This document shows, in pieces, positions 11,654 to 25,100 of a stretch of DNA of 64,000 bases (within the stretch, counting starts at the first letter, position 1; each line of letters starts with the position of its first letter). The notes beneath the pieces are model-generated. The model was not told where the DNA came from, did not search any database, and saw nothing but the letters and a program-made list of their open reading frames with translations. The translations under genes and the position numbers were made by a program. Location: positions 52,204,001 through 52,268,000 of the forward strand of contig OX597832.1 of assembly GCA_951406725.2 (NCBI GenBank), read 5' to 3'. Origin of the DNA: Octopus vulgaris (taxonomy: Eukaryota).

Positions 11654-12720
11654 AGCGGCAAGCTGGGAGAATTGTTAGCATGCTAAGCAAAATGTTTAGT
11701 GACATTTCGTCCATTTTTATGTTCTAAGTTCAAATTCCACCAAAGTCAACTTTGCCATTCATCCTTTCAGGGTCAATTAAATAAGTATCAGTTACACACT
11801 GGGGTCAATGTAATCGACTTACTCCTCCCCACAAATTTCAGGCCTTGTGCCTATAGTAGAAAGGATCATCATCATCAATCGACTTACTCCTCCCCCCCAA
11901 ATTTCAGGCCTTGTGCCTATAGTAGAAATCATCATCATCATCATTTATTATTATTATTATTGAGGCAGCGAGCTGGCAGAATCATTAGCATGCTGGGTGA
12001 AATGCTTAGCAGTATTTTGTCTGCCGCTATGTTCTGAGTTCAAATTCCGCTGAGGTCAACTTTGCCTTTCATCCTTTTGGGGTCAATGAAATAAGTACCT
12101 GTTGAGTATTGGGAGGTCGATGTAATTGACTATCCCCCTCCCCCAAATTTCAGGCCTTGTGCCTACAGTAGAAAGGTTTTTTTTTATTATTATTATTATC
12201 ATTATTAACAGCATTTCTTTCATCTCTTTTCAAATAACACCAAGGTCAACTTTGCCTTTCGTTGTTTTGGTGGGGTTGATAAATTAACTACCAGTTGACC
12301 GCTGGGTCCAATGTAATCAGCTACCCGAATCCCCACAAATTTCAGGATCTTGTACTTATAGCAGAAAGGATTATTATTAGTATTATCATCATCATTAAGA
12401 TGGCAAGTTGGCAGAATTGTTAGCATGCTGGATAAAACAATTAGTAGTATTTCACCCGTAGCTACATTCCGAGTTCAAATTCCATCGAGGTTGAATTTAC
12501 CTTTCATCCTTTCAGGGTTGATAGAATGAGTACCAGTTGAGCACTGGGGTCAATGTTATTGGCTTAGCCCCTACCCTGAACTTGCTGACCTTGTGCCAAA
12601 ATTTGAAATTGTTGTTATCAATATTATTATTATTAAGTACCAGTGAAACACTGAGGTCAATATAATCAACTGGTCCCCTCTCACAAAATTTCAGGCTTTG
12701 TGCCTATAACAGAAAGGATT
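11652..12720 (+). mobile_element. Cluster of SINE family B-type copies separated by (ATT)n
   Basis: Repeated ggcaagctggcagaattgttagc...gagttcaaattcc...aaatttcaggccttgtgcctatagtagaaagg. Confidence 0.8.
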
Positions 12721-12721
12721 A

Positions 12722-13099
12722 TTATTACTTTCACCTTAGTGAAGGTGGAGGTATTGTTTTCAGTTGTACTTGTTTGTTTGTTTGTCCATGGACAAGATAT
12801 CTCAAGAACTACTGGACGGATTTGGATGAAACTTTCAGGGATGTTTGCCCTCATGACTGGCATGAACTGATTAGATATTGGGATCAATCCAGTACCGGAC
12901 AAAGATTCTGGATTATTTTTTCCGTTTTTTTTTTACTTGACTTTTGAGAGCTGTCAGGTTCATTTTTAGTATTCTTGTCTATGAGAGCAGTCAAGTTCAT
13001 TTCAGATATTCTCATTCTAAAAATCATCTTTGGCTAATCATTGAGAGGACATTAGTGTTGCCTTGGTGGATGTTTGTGCTCTCTGAGTGTCCTTCTTGT
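12722..13099 (+). mobile_element. Helentron-associated (HINE/DINE-like) non-autonomous element
   Basis: 5' ttattac + hairpin (tcacctt/aaggtgg), (TTTG)n, ggatttggatgaaacttt core, 3' ggtgga...gtgctctctgagtg palindrome. Confidence 0.55.
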
Positions 13100-14320
13100 A
13101 ATTGTTTTCTTCTAGTAAACAGAGACCACAATTTTATTTCAATTCCCTGATAAAGTCTCTTACAAGACTAGTGCACAAGAAAACCAGGACAAACACTCTG
13201 TCATCTATTAAAAACGTCATATCTATATAAAGAAGAATCATTGATAGAATTACAGAGCACAAATGCACAAAATCACAATGAATTGTAGAATAAATTTCCT
13301 CAGAGATTTTCCTGATATTTTTTTTTAAATACAAATATACAAGACAGGTAGAAATTACATTGGAAAACATCTTTAAATTGCCTTCTGATATTTGGTTTCA
13401 AATTTTGGTACAAGGCCAACAATTTCGGGGGAGGAGGTAAGTCAACTACATCAACCCCAGTATTCAACTGGTACTTGTTTTATCAACCCTGAAAGGATGA
13501 AAGACAGGTGACCTTGGCAGAATTTGAGCTCAAAACGTGAAGACAGATGAAATGTTGCTAAGCAATTATATGCCTGGCATGCTAACGAGTCTGCCAGCTT
13601 GCTACCATTCATTTTAAGCAATATTCTGGCAAAAAAACTCACAAAGTATCACAAATACAAAATTGTGTAGACACTTTTCAATATGAAAACTATTTATTGA
13701 ACATTCCAATTAACAACAGAAGCAAATACAAAAAGTATTATGAAAATAAAACAAATACAGGTATTGTTATGGAAGTCAACTGCCATAACAATGCCTCCAT
13801 AGTAAATTCAGCATCCAAAACCAGCAAAACAAACAAAAAAAAAACAAATTATTAACAACTGCATAAAATTTAAAAGCTTCTCTACATTGATAAATTCACA
13901 TTTGAATGTTGATGCAGACATTTCAAGTACATACATAGATTATAAAGTTAGGGTGTTTCCAGAGAAGTACTCTACCCGAATATTGGGCTATTAGCGCTGT
14001 CTGGTTCCAGGCCAATGCCGGGCTTCCTCAGGTGCAGAAAATCCAAGTTTCATGATGTTTACATCATACATAAAGTGGGTTTGGCAAAGGGTAAATAATC
14101 CAAATAATAATAATAAGACAAGGAAAATTCTTTGACATATCTTTAATGATTTGTTACAATTGTTTCTGTATCAACTTTACTTGCAACACCAGTTTATGCA
14201 AAATTCAAAGGGAAAATTTATGTAATGATTGCAGCTTTAGAAATTGGAGAGGCTCTTCATCAGACTTGCATCAAAAGTGTAAAGAATTTTCTTTGCCTTC
14301 TTGTTATCTAGATTACATTG

Positions 14321-14364
<44 letters not shown>

Positions 14365-14843
14365 TATATATATATAAATAATATATATATGCATATATAC
14401 ATACATATGGAGGCGCAATGGCTCAGTGGTTAGGACAGCAGATTCGCGGTCGGAGGATCGTGGTTTCAATTCCCAGACCGTGTGTTGTGTGTATATTTGA
14501 GCAAAAACACCTAAAGTTCCACAAGGCTCTGGCAAATTGTGGATTTGTATAAAGGATACACACACAGACAGAGATTTTGCCGTTCATATAAATAGAGATA
14601 ATAATAATAACAATAATAATAATAATCATTTCTACTATAGGCACAAGGCCTGAAATTTGTGGGCAGGAGATAAGTCGATTACATCGACCCCAGGGCGTAA
14701 CTGGTACTTATTTTATTGACTCTGGAAAGATGAAAGACAAAGTAGACCTTGGTGGAATTTGAACTCAGAATGGAAAGATGGCCAAAATGCCACAAAGCAT
14801 TTTGCTCAGCATGCTAATGATTCTGCCAGCTTGCCACCTTAAA

Positions 14844-14897
<54 letters not shown>

Positions 14898-15530
14898 CAG
14901 CAGCAGCAGCAGCAACAGCAAAAACAACAACAACTTGTGTAAGATGAGACAATATCAATGACGTGAGTAAAAATCTGAAGACCTTATTTATAAAATATTT
15001 CCCTTCTTAAAATCCTGTCATTATTGGATATTTTCTTTCTTCTTCTTTCAATACAAACGCATACAAAACAATTAAAAGGCTGAACCAAGATAGACTTGTG
15101 TACTTGCTGATCTCCTTTTGCTTCATAATACATAATTCAGAATTTGTCCTGTCAACTGTAATGTATTTACATTTGTATTATACGAAAACAATGCAAATAT
15201 TAATGACAGATTTTAAAGAATGGAAGTATTCAGAGAACCATTTCAGTTGTCTTAGACGTCATATCCCAGCAATATATTGCTATTATTTTTTTTTCTTTTT
15301 CCTTTTCATTCTATTTTTTTATCTTTTGTAAGAAAACCAGACAAACACCTCATCACCTGCCAATCGTCTGGTGAGCATCCATGTCAGATAGATAACATCT
15401 TCAACAGGAAATGGGACAAAAAATTCATTGTAAATACCAGAAGTTTTCCTGGTGAAGCATGTACTACCCAACGTATATATTTGAGGCTGGCTGGTGACTT
15501 CAGAGCGAGAGCCAAGCAGACACAGAAACA

Positions 15531-15693
15531 GGCGCAGGAGTGGCTGTGTGGTAAGTAGCTTGCTTACCAACCACATGGTTCCGGGTTCAGTCCCTCTGCG
15601 TGGCACCTTCGGCAAGTGTCTCTTACTATAGCCTCGGGCCAACCAAAGCCTTGTGAGTGGATTTGGTAGACGGAAACTGAAAGAAGCCCGTCG

Positions 15694-15727
<34 letters not shown>

Positions 15728-15945
15728 CATGTATGTTTGTGTGTCTGTGTTTGTCCCCCTAGCATTGCTTGACAACCGATGCTGGTGTGTTTATGTCTCT
15801 GTCACTTAGCGGTTCGGCAAAAGAGACCGATAGAATAAGTACTGGGCTTACAAAGAATAAGTCCCAGGGTCGAGTTGCTCGACTAAAGGCGGTGCTCCAG
15901 CATGGCCGCAGTCAACTAACTGAAACAAGTAAAAGAGTAAAGAGA
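15531..15945 (+). mobile_element. SINE family A, full length
   Basis: Matches 4995-5383. Confidence 0.9.
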
Positions 15946-16029
15946 GATGACATGGAGAAAGAAGACATGGATGCTAAAAGATCAAGCTGATGGGAATAGG
16001 TCAAGGGATATTCTAATTGATGTTTACAA

Positions 16030-17262
16030 CTGTAGGGAGTAAAATTTGGTTACCTGTAGCAAAGATGACAACTGGGTACTTCTACTTAATAACATGTTTC
16101 AAACTATAGATCAGGCATGTGGATGGGGCAAAGTTCCAACCAAACTGAAGGCGATATGGTGGTGGAATGACATAATTGATAGGTCAGTAAAAGCTAAGGG
16201 ATAGGCTTGGAAAATGTTGAAGGAAAGTGGTAACAGGAAACATTATCAAATGGCTACAAGAATAGCTAAGTGACAGGTATACTCGGCTAAAGCTGAGACA
16301 GAAAGGAAGAGATTTTCAAATGTCTTGTAATGTAAAAATAAGAGGTGGGAAGTGTCCAATATTGCAAGACAATGTGTGAAAGAAAACAGAGACATCATTC
16401 ATGAGAAGAACATTTGGAATAATGAAAGCATAGTCGCCATCAATATGGAAGACGAGAAAGTGGTATGGAAATACTATTACAAGAGTCTGTTGAATGAGGA
16501 GAATAAATGGAATGAAAAAAGGGTTAATTCATGCTGAGAGGAACCATAGTTTGATGGATCAAACTATTTAACCCTTTCGTTACGATATTTATTTTGAGAT
16601 GCTCTGTGTTTCTTTGCATTACTTTAAATATAACAAAGAATTTAGTAAAATTACTTAGTTATCATTAAGCTAGTGTTAGGAACATAAATTGTGACCAAAG
16701 TTTGATGGAAGATTTTAATTCAAAACTTATAAAAACAAGACATTTGTACTCAGAGCCAGAGCCTGTTTCAGCCAGGTTGGTAACGAAAGGGTTAAGGACA
16801 TGAAGAGAGGGAAAGTTGTAGGTCCATTGGGGACAGTTGCAAAGATGCTCAAAATATCTGGTGATATTTAGTCATATGAAATAAGTCATATACCATCATC
16901 AACAGCTCGACTAAAGATTGAGCAAAGCGTCAATGCTGTACAAAAGTTGGAATACTGTCCATCTTTCACAATAGATACTGTTTGAGCCTTAACTTCAAAG
17001 ACTGATCACAGGTAGAACTAATACATGATTACCACACAGTTAGTTAATTGAGTAATATAGGAAGGTGTCACACCCAATGATTGGCATACCAGTATCATCA
17101 TAAACCGCTACAAAGGCAAAGAAGATTCATTAGAGAAAGGAAATTATAACAGTATCAAACTGCTGGATCAGGCTATGAAGGTCACAGAGAAAGTCATAAC
17201 ACAAATGGTTCATGATAGAATAAATCTAAATAAGATGCAGTTTGATTTTGTGCCCAGCAGAC
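16030..17262 (+). pseudogene. Degenerate RTE-clade LINE ORF remnant (linker + start of RT)
   Basis: Interrupted frames give IARQCVKENRDI...WKYYYKSLLNEENKW and YKGKEDSLEKGNYNSIKLLDQAMKVTEKV...KMQFDFVP; stops and insertions throughout. Confidence 0.75.
16572..16791. mobile_element. piggyBac-like MITE
   Basis: TTAA|CCCTTTCGTTAC...GTAACGAAAGGG|TTAA. Other copies at 23067-23287, 24698-24849, ~52744-53214 and 55499-55718. Confidence 0.9.
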
Positions 17263-17904
17263 ATATCATTCCTCACAGCATATGAATATATATCATTCTA
17301 TTGATTTTACTGAATATCATTTTAAGTATTTCTTAAGCCCCTCTTTCTTTCATTCCATCCACCAACACCAGACAGTATGTCTTTTTATAAATTTGATATG
17401 CATGAAAGCTACATATCATATGTCTGGTCCAATGCAATCCTTTCTCATGCATCCATAAGCTAATTGCTTTGACAACATGCAGATGTGTATCAAACATGTC
17501 CCTCGTCGTCATCATCATTTAATGTCCATTTTCCATGCTGGCATGAGCTGGACAGCTTGAGAAGAGTTGGTAAGGTCAGGGAATTCCACAGTCTATTTTG
17601 GCTTAGTTTCTACAGCTGGATGTTCTTCCTAATGCCAAACACTTTACAGAGTGTACTGGCTGCCTTTCACATGCTTTTAATGTGGCACCATCACCAGAGC
17701 ATTATCAACAGAATTGTATGATACATCAAACTTTTCCAATATACTTCCTACTGCCAGTCATTCATAAAAAGAGTGAGATGCTGAGGTAATAACTGCTCCA
17801 TACTGTCCATCTTTCACAACAGATACTATTTGAGCCTTAACTTCAAAGACTGATCACAGGTAGAACTAATTTGTTTAAGATTAACCTTAGACAGTTTAAC
17901 TAGA

Positions 17905-18316
17905 GGAACATTTTTGAGGTAGTGAGCAGCTGCCTCATCGCATTCTTCTGGACTCCTTCAACGTCTTGAAATCTCGTTGGTGGTCTTCCACCTCGGAGAG
18001 TGACCCTTGGTTTCTGGGTCATAGCCATCGACCTACAATTCATCACCCGTTATGACTGTTTGTAAAAAGTTTACATCTTCCTTGACACAATCAAGGGGAT
18101 CCTGCACAGCTGAAACCTAATCTTCTTTTTGAGGCGACCACACTCTGCACACTTTACTTCTAAGCACTGCTATAAACAACAGAAGCGAGTGAGGTTGTTA
18201 TAACTTAGTATGTATGCGCAACAAAGTTCAAAGTTAATCTGTGTCAAGCAGTTTCACTCTGTATACTTTCGCTCTGTTACCATAGCAACAGTCCCAATAT
18301 TTTTTATCAGACCTTG
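17905..18316 (-). mobile_element. Mariner transposase remnant
   Basis: Minus frame DCVKEDVNFLQTVITGDEL*VDGYDPETK (cf. mariner ITGDETWVYGYDPETK); TIR-like end near 18290-18316. Confidence 0.7.
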
Positions 18317-18336
18317 GGTGTGTGTGTGTGTGTGTG

Positions 18337-18367
<31 letters not shown>

Positions 18368-18371
<4 letters not shown>

Positions 18372-18938
18372 TCATCATCATCATTTAATGTCCGCTTTCC
18401 ATGCTAGCATGAGTTGGATGATTTAACTGAGGATTGGCGAACCAGATGGATGCACTAGGCTCCAATCTGATCTGGCAGAGTTTATACAGCTGGATGCCCT
18501 TCCTAACGTCAACCACTCCATGTGTGTAGTGGCTGCTTTACGTGCCAGTCAGGCGGTACTTGCAACGGCCATGCTCAAATGGTGCTTTTTACGTGCCACC
18601 TGCACAGGAGCCAGTCCAGCGGCACTGGCAACGACCTCGCTCAAATGTTTTTTCACGTGCCAGTAAGGTGACACTGCTAATGGTGAAGCTCGAATGGTGC
18701 TTTTTACATGCCACCGGCATGGAAACTAGTTTGCTGCTCTGGTAACGATCATGCTTGGATGGTGCTCTTAGCGCTCCACTAGCACAGGTGCCAGTCATCG
18801 AATTTGATTTCGATTTCAATTTCACTTGCCTCAACAGGTTTTTGCAAGCAGAGTTTAGTGTCCAATAAAGGAAAGGTATGCATAAGTGGGCTGGTTACAC
18901 CCCTGGCATAGGCCACAAGGTTATGGTCTCACTTGGCA
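18368..18938 (-). mobile_element. Family D retroposon, long form with diverged internal units
   Basis: (CAT)n at the left end; repeated ggtgcttttacgtgccacc modules. Confidence 0.75.
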
Positions 18939-19023
18939 TGTGTGTGTGTGTGGACACCACTTGACAGCCAGTGTTGGTTTGTTTACAGCCCTGTAATTTA
19001 ACAGGTCAGCAAAAGATACTGGT

Positions 19024-19490
19024 CATCATCATCATTGTTCGACCATGGTCAAGACAATGGAATTTACTATGTTACGCCAGACTTAACAGTCCATCATAGC
19101 ATTACGGAGGTCCTATTGCTGGATGCCTGTATCCCTGGAGATTACATCAGGGTAGGAGAGTGTGCGCCCTCTGGTATCGCGAGCAGATGGCTTCCAGAGA
19201 AGAAGAGTAGAAATTACCTCGTTTTCAGCTCTACAACAATGTCCAGTAAACTGGACTCTTCTACCTTTCACAAGAGATGATACAGGTGGTAGTTTCTGAT
19301 ATATCTGTACTTTGGTTGGATGACGCTTCCACGAGAGATTTTGAGCTCTCATAAGGAGGCGAGTGTAAGTTCCATCCAACCGCCTCTCAAGCTTCTTTGA
19401 TAACGTCCAGGTTTCTGAGCCATATAGTAGAATTGGTTCGACTGTGGCTGTGAAGATTTTAAATTTGAAATCTCTACTTAGATTTGAAAC
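19024..19490 (-). mobile_element. 5'-truncated LINE (RTE/RTEX-like) C-terminal ORF fragment
   Basis: KIFTATVEPILLYGSETWTLSKKLERRLDGTYTRLLMRAQNLSWKRHPTK...RRVQFTGHC; (GAT)n 3' tail at 19024-19034. Confidence 0.8.
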
Positions 19491-20025
19491 TGATAGAATA
19501 AGTATCAGACTCTAGGAATAAAAACTGGTAATGGTTTTTTTTTTTTTTTGCAGACATTATTTAAGGCAATGATCTGGCGTGGCTGCAGTCCAATGACTGA
19601 AAGAAGTGAAAGGTAAGAGAGAGACTAAAAATGTGAGGGAGTGTCAATGGTCCCCACTTATTTACATTTGCTGTCCTGTAACTTCATACCTTCCAGTGCC
19701 TTGAGAGTAAAATTAGTACAGAAAAACTATACTGAAGTCTGTTGTGTACGTGTATGTGTGCATATATGCGTGTGCCTGTGTGTGCATATAAATGCTAATG
19801 TTTCATGTCTTTATATGACACCATTTAAAGAAAACAGCAACGTCATGCTTATATTTGCTGTAATCAATATATCTTGTAACTCTGTACTTTCAAGGACAGA
19901 TAAAACAAAAAACAAAATTCTTTCATTGAGGAACAGATAAGAGTTGGCAGCAGGAAAGGTACCTAATTGTAAAATACTACCTCAAGTCCATACCTGTATG
20001 GAAAAGCAAATGTAGAACAGGAATG

Positions 20026-20078
<53 letters not shown>

Positions 20079-20303
20079 TCATTTGACGACGTCTGTCTTC
20101 CATGCTGGCATGGGTGGGATGGTTTGACAAGAGCTGGCCAGGCAGCTTCTGTAACTACTTTGGAAGGACTTTTATGGCTGGATGCCCTTCCTAACACCAA
20201 CCACTCAGCAGAGTGGACTTAGTGCTTTATGCGTGGCACAAGCACAGGGAAGGTAAGTTTTGGCAAGGTTTTTTTATGGCAGGATGCCCTTCCAAATGCC
20301 AAC

Positions 20304-20304
<1 letters not shown>

Positions 20305-20359
<55 letters not shown>

Positions 20360-20644
20360 CATTTATATATATATATACACACACACATATACATATATAT
20401 AGATACACATATGCATATATATAAATATATATATATACATACATATACATATATATACATATACATGTATATATATACATATATATACATATACATGTAT
20501 ATATATACATATATATACATATACATGTATATATATACATATATATACATATACATGTATATATATACATATATATACATATACATGTATATATATACAT
20601 ATATATACATATACATGTATATATATACATATATATACATATAC

Positions 20645-20675
<31 letters not shown>

Positions 20676-20707
20676 CATATAAACATATATACACATATAC
20701 ATATACA

Positions 20708-20745
<38 letters not shown>

Positions 20746-20764
20746 CATATAAACATATATACAC

Positions 20765-20810
<46 letters not shown>

Positions 20811-21000
20811 GTTTAAATATGACCATTCCGAAATATATATATATATATATATACATATAAACATATATACACATATACATATATATATATATATACATAT
20901 ATACATGTATATACATATACATATATATACATCATCAACATGTATATACATATATATACATATATATACACACACATATATACACACATACACACACACA
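20305..21000. repeat. (TA)-derived microsatellite with a 20-bp higher-order unit
   Basis: atatatacatatacatgtat-type unit repeated regularly over ~20440-20660. Confidence 0.95.
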
Positions 21001-21341
21001 CTCACAAACTCACTTCTATATTTGTATTAAGCCTTAATACAGAAATAAAGAATCTTAATTCCATGAATGTGGTGTTGAGCACTCATTCTCATAGTTCAAT
21101 ATTTATGTACACTTATACACATAATATATACATTTTATACATACTTTATATATATATATATATATATAATTCTGCCCAAGAAACTTAATATATTTCAATT
21201 TCTCTCCCATTTTTGGAATAAAAGAAAAAATATGCCTCTCTTGCCCCTTTTCAGGAATTTTCAACTAATTTGCAGCTATTACCTATTTAGTGACACTGAT
21301 TTAGTTCAACTAAATATTAAAAAAAAAAAACAACAAACTAC

Positions 21342-21401
21342 TCAACTTTTCATCTTTGTCATCATTAGAGCCAGTGGGGATAGTTTCTTCTATTGCAAAT
21401 C
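21342..21401 (-). CDS. Rab27: Candidate optional Rab27 N-terminal exon (G/FAIEETIPTGSNDDKDEKL)
   Basis: Strong acceptor (poly-T...atttcag); 60 nt, phase1-phase1, open in the Rab27 frame. The donor GTAGTT is weak. Confidence 0.45.
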
Positions 21402-21825
21402 CTGAAATCATAAAAAAAAACAACTAATTCATTAGTTTGTTAACCACAATTTTTTAATTAATATGATGAGATGGCCAGTTTCAAAACACAAGCTAATGCG
21501 AAATTTGTAGAATTTGGAAGAATTTCAATTTGCCAAGCAGACTATTTATTTATGCCTAGAGAGAGGTAATTTTGGTGCAGTTAATTAAGCAGAGTTTAGA
21601 AAGTTAATATGTTGTGAGAAAGCATGGAAAAAATGGTCCTTCCATGTGTAATGGCTCTTAAAATGAAAAATATTTAATGCATAGTGCAGAATTTTGTGGG
21701 TTAAACAAACGATAAAAATTTGGTAATATTCATTTCTTAATGCCGAGTACCCACCCGACCTAGTCTTTGGTTTTATAAGTGGGGGCAGTACCCAGCCAAC
21801 CCTGCCTTTGGTTTTATAAATGGGA

Positions 21826-23486
21826 GATTCCACCTAATTGTGAACCAAGCTTAAAAGGTGGTGCCTTTGAAACTGCCTGAAATTGTTCCTAAGTGAAGTA
21901 GTTCTTATAGCTATTCAATCCTGAAAACTTCAGCTCTTAACTATGTATGGTTCTGATTTTAAGGGCATTCAAAGTTGGGTGCTGAGCCAAATTTGAGGAC
22001 TTAAGCTAAACTTGGAACCGTATTTAATGCCTAATATCTCAGGATTGAGACATTTTCAACCTTTAAAATTTTGTACATACAACTTATTCCAGGAATAAAT
22101 TATAAATAAATAATAATGAAAGATTGTACATGCCTCGATTGTTTTACAGATGATACTAAAAATGAGAAAAAAAATTTCAAATTGTGAGATTTTTCGGATT
22201 TTGGCACCTGTAAAAAAGTTTCTGGTAATTAAGTCAATTACATTCTGAAAAAGACACAGATGTCAAGTGCATCACCCAAATTTAGATCTGGAATTATTAA
22301 TCATTGAAAAGTGGCCTTTTAAAGCATCCAACATTGGATTTTCACTCATTTCTGCACAATGCTACTCTGTACAAAGTCTTCCATGTAATTTTGTACCTGG
22401 ATTTTAGGGTCAGTTTATTGCCTACTTTAGAGGCAAATGATTTTGTGTTAAAGAGCTGAAATCCTTTTTATCAAAAAATCTATGTTCTTTTGATAATTTT
22501 TCAAAGAAAATCTTTTTCGAAAAAGTAAAAAACAAATGGTGCCACATTAGATTTCTTGGAGGGGTCAAAATATGGTGAATTTGAGCTTTAGGTCACTTTT
22601 CAATGATCAATAATTCCAGATTTAAATATTTTCAATGTCGAAATTTTGGTAGAATAATAGATATTTGTGTCTTCTTTCAAAATGTGAATAGTTTAATTTC
22701 TTGAAACTGTCTACAGAGTGCCAAAATCCTAGCAATTCTCACATTTTGAATTTTTTTTTCTTTTAATTTTTAGAATCACCTGGATAACAATAAGGACATC
22801 TATAGTCATTCATTATTATTTTGTAATTTATTCTTGGAGCAGGTTGCATGTACAAAGTTTCAAAGCTTGAAAATGTCACATTCTTGCAATTTCAGTGCTC
22901 AACAGGTACTTATTTTATTGATTCTGAGGTGGTGATGGGCAAGGTTGACCTCAGCAGAATTTGAACTCAGAGTGTAAAGACAGATAAAATGCTGCTAAGC
23001 ATTTTGCCTGGCATGCTAATGATTCTCCCAACTCGCTGTCTTACACCTCGAAATATTAAACCTTAACCCTTTCGTTACCAACCCGGCTGAAACCGGCTCT
23101 GGCTCTTTAGTATAAATGTCTTGTTTTCATAAGTTTTGAATTCAAATCTTCCACCAAATCTTAGTCACAATTTATGTTCCTAACACTAGCTTAATGATAA
23201 CGATGTTATTTAACTAAATTCTTTGTTATATTTAAAATAATTGAGAGAAACACAGAGCATTTCAAAATAAATACGGTAACGAAAGGGTTTTAAATATGGC
23301 TCCAAATTCAGCTTAAACTCTCAAATTTGGCTCATCCCCACTACCTTGAATGCTCATAAAACCATAACCGTACATAGCTAGGAGCTGAAATTTTCAGGAT
23401 TGACTAGGTACAAGGACTAGTAAGGAAAAATTTCAAGCAAGCTGAAAGACACCACTTTTCAAGCTTAATTCACAATTAGATGGAAT
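21826..23486. mobile_element. Large fold-back DNA element (~500 bp imperfect arms); right arm interrupted by SINE B and a piggyBac MITE
   Basis: 21826-22030 vs 23290-23486, and 22040-22320 vs 22587-22885, are diverged reverse complements. Confidence 0.8.
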
Positions 23487-23638
23487 ACTTCAATGTCGTT
23501 AAATGAGAAAATGGTTGACACTGGATATTAGAATTGGACTGAGGACCTAATTTACCAAATATTTACGTTTACTTTTAAATACTCACCTGTTTGTTGAAAC
23601 TACAACTGTACAGTATTTTATTAATATCATTATCATCA

Positions 23639-23684
<46 letters not shown>

Positions 23685-24884
23685 CATTATTATTATCATT
23701 ATTATTATTATTATTATTATTATCATCATTATTATTATAATTATTATTATCATTATTATTACTTTCTTTTTTTTTTCTTCTTTCAAATTTGCTTCCATTT
23801 CTTGCCGAGTGTCTTCCCGACTCCTAGGGCAAAGAAACTCATAGTATACATTGGTAGGCCATTAAACTAAACTCAATTGTTCGTTCATTTTTTTTTTTAA
23901 GTTAAATTAAAATACATGGGTAGTAATAATTCTCACATCGTTATTATTATCATCATTATTATTATCATTATTATTATTTAGACAGAGGAAGTACTCATAA
24001 ATCTTACAGGCCATCTGAAATAGATAAAGTTAATCTAATAATCTTTAGTTTGAAGTCATTATTTATAAGGAAAATGTGAGCTGGAAATTTTGGAGAATTG
24101 CAGTTCTGGGAAGGAAGAATTATGATGTTTAGCATAGATTCCAGGCTAGAGCTTGGTAACAAATATGTTAGGGCTGGATTGGTGATACACGGCTATCTAG
24201 CTCAAAATGAAAATCATTGTAATGATGATATAAGCAGTAACACAAATATACAATGAGTTGGTGGACATGAGATAAGTGAGTTGATGAGTGAAGGCCTATC
24301 TATGCAGTTTATGGGGCAGCTGTAGAGTTCTTGATATGAGGGACACACATGTCTCTTCTATTAAGGGACAACAAATGTTGAAGTACTTTCTGAAAGTATT
24401 TCAACAGTGTAGAAGAAAAAGCACCCTTTCAAATGCAGTTTTTACCATATTAATCCTTTAGATTTTAAACTGGCCATACCAGGCCCAAATACTTTATCTG
24501 TTTTATATGTTAAAACTAACAGATCTGCTCTCTCACATTCACTCAACAATGTCTTTCTAAAAATAAACAATCACTTATCAAAATTTCATAGCTTCAAGAT
24601 AATCATGATTAATTTATAATAGTATAAATTAATTTATAATAGTCTAAATAAATAAGCATTGCATTTGACAAAGTAACCTGAACGCTAAAGAGTTTAACCA
24701 TTTTGTTACCAACCCAGCTGAAACCGGCTCTGGTTCTGAATACAAATGTCTTGTTTTCATAAGTTTTCAATTAAAATCTTCCACCAAACCTTAGTCACAA
24801 ATTTTGTTCCTAACACTAGCCGGTTTCAGCCGTGTTGGTAATGAAAGGGTTAAAAGATGTAGTGTCCCGACAGCTAACAACTGA

Positions 24885-25100
24885 TTTGGATAGTCTATTC
24901 CATACTTCAGCAATTCTGAGTATGAGAAAATGTTTCCGAAAGTCATGGGTGCTGTGTTGTTTTTAGATTATATACCTAATCATTTGATGGACTAATTACA
25001 TGTGAAAGTCTATTCAATCAAGGATGGTCTTGGGTCACTTGGGTACTTTGAAATTGCACTTCTATATTATTTTCACAGAGGCCAGATCATATACTATGTC
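24885..25100 (-). mobile_element. CR1-like LINE 3' fragment
   Basis: Minus strand KQHSTHDFRKHFLILRIAEVWNRL; homologous to 39920-39995. Confidence 0.65.

Noticed and set aside
23581-23798. Perfect CAG|GTGAGT donor with a poly-Ile ORF
   Set aside because: The upstream sequence is an (ATT)n microsatellite, and the Rab27-compatible phase has an in-frame TAG. It could only be a cryptic or non-coding site.
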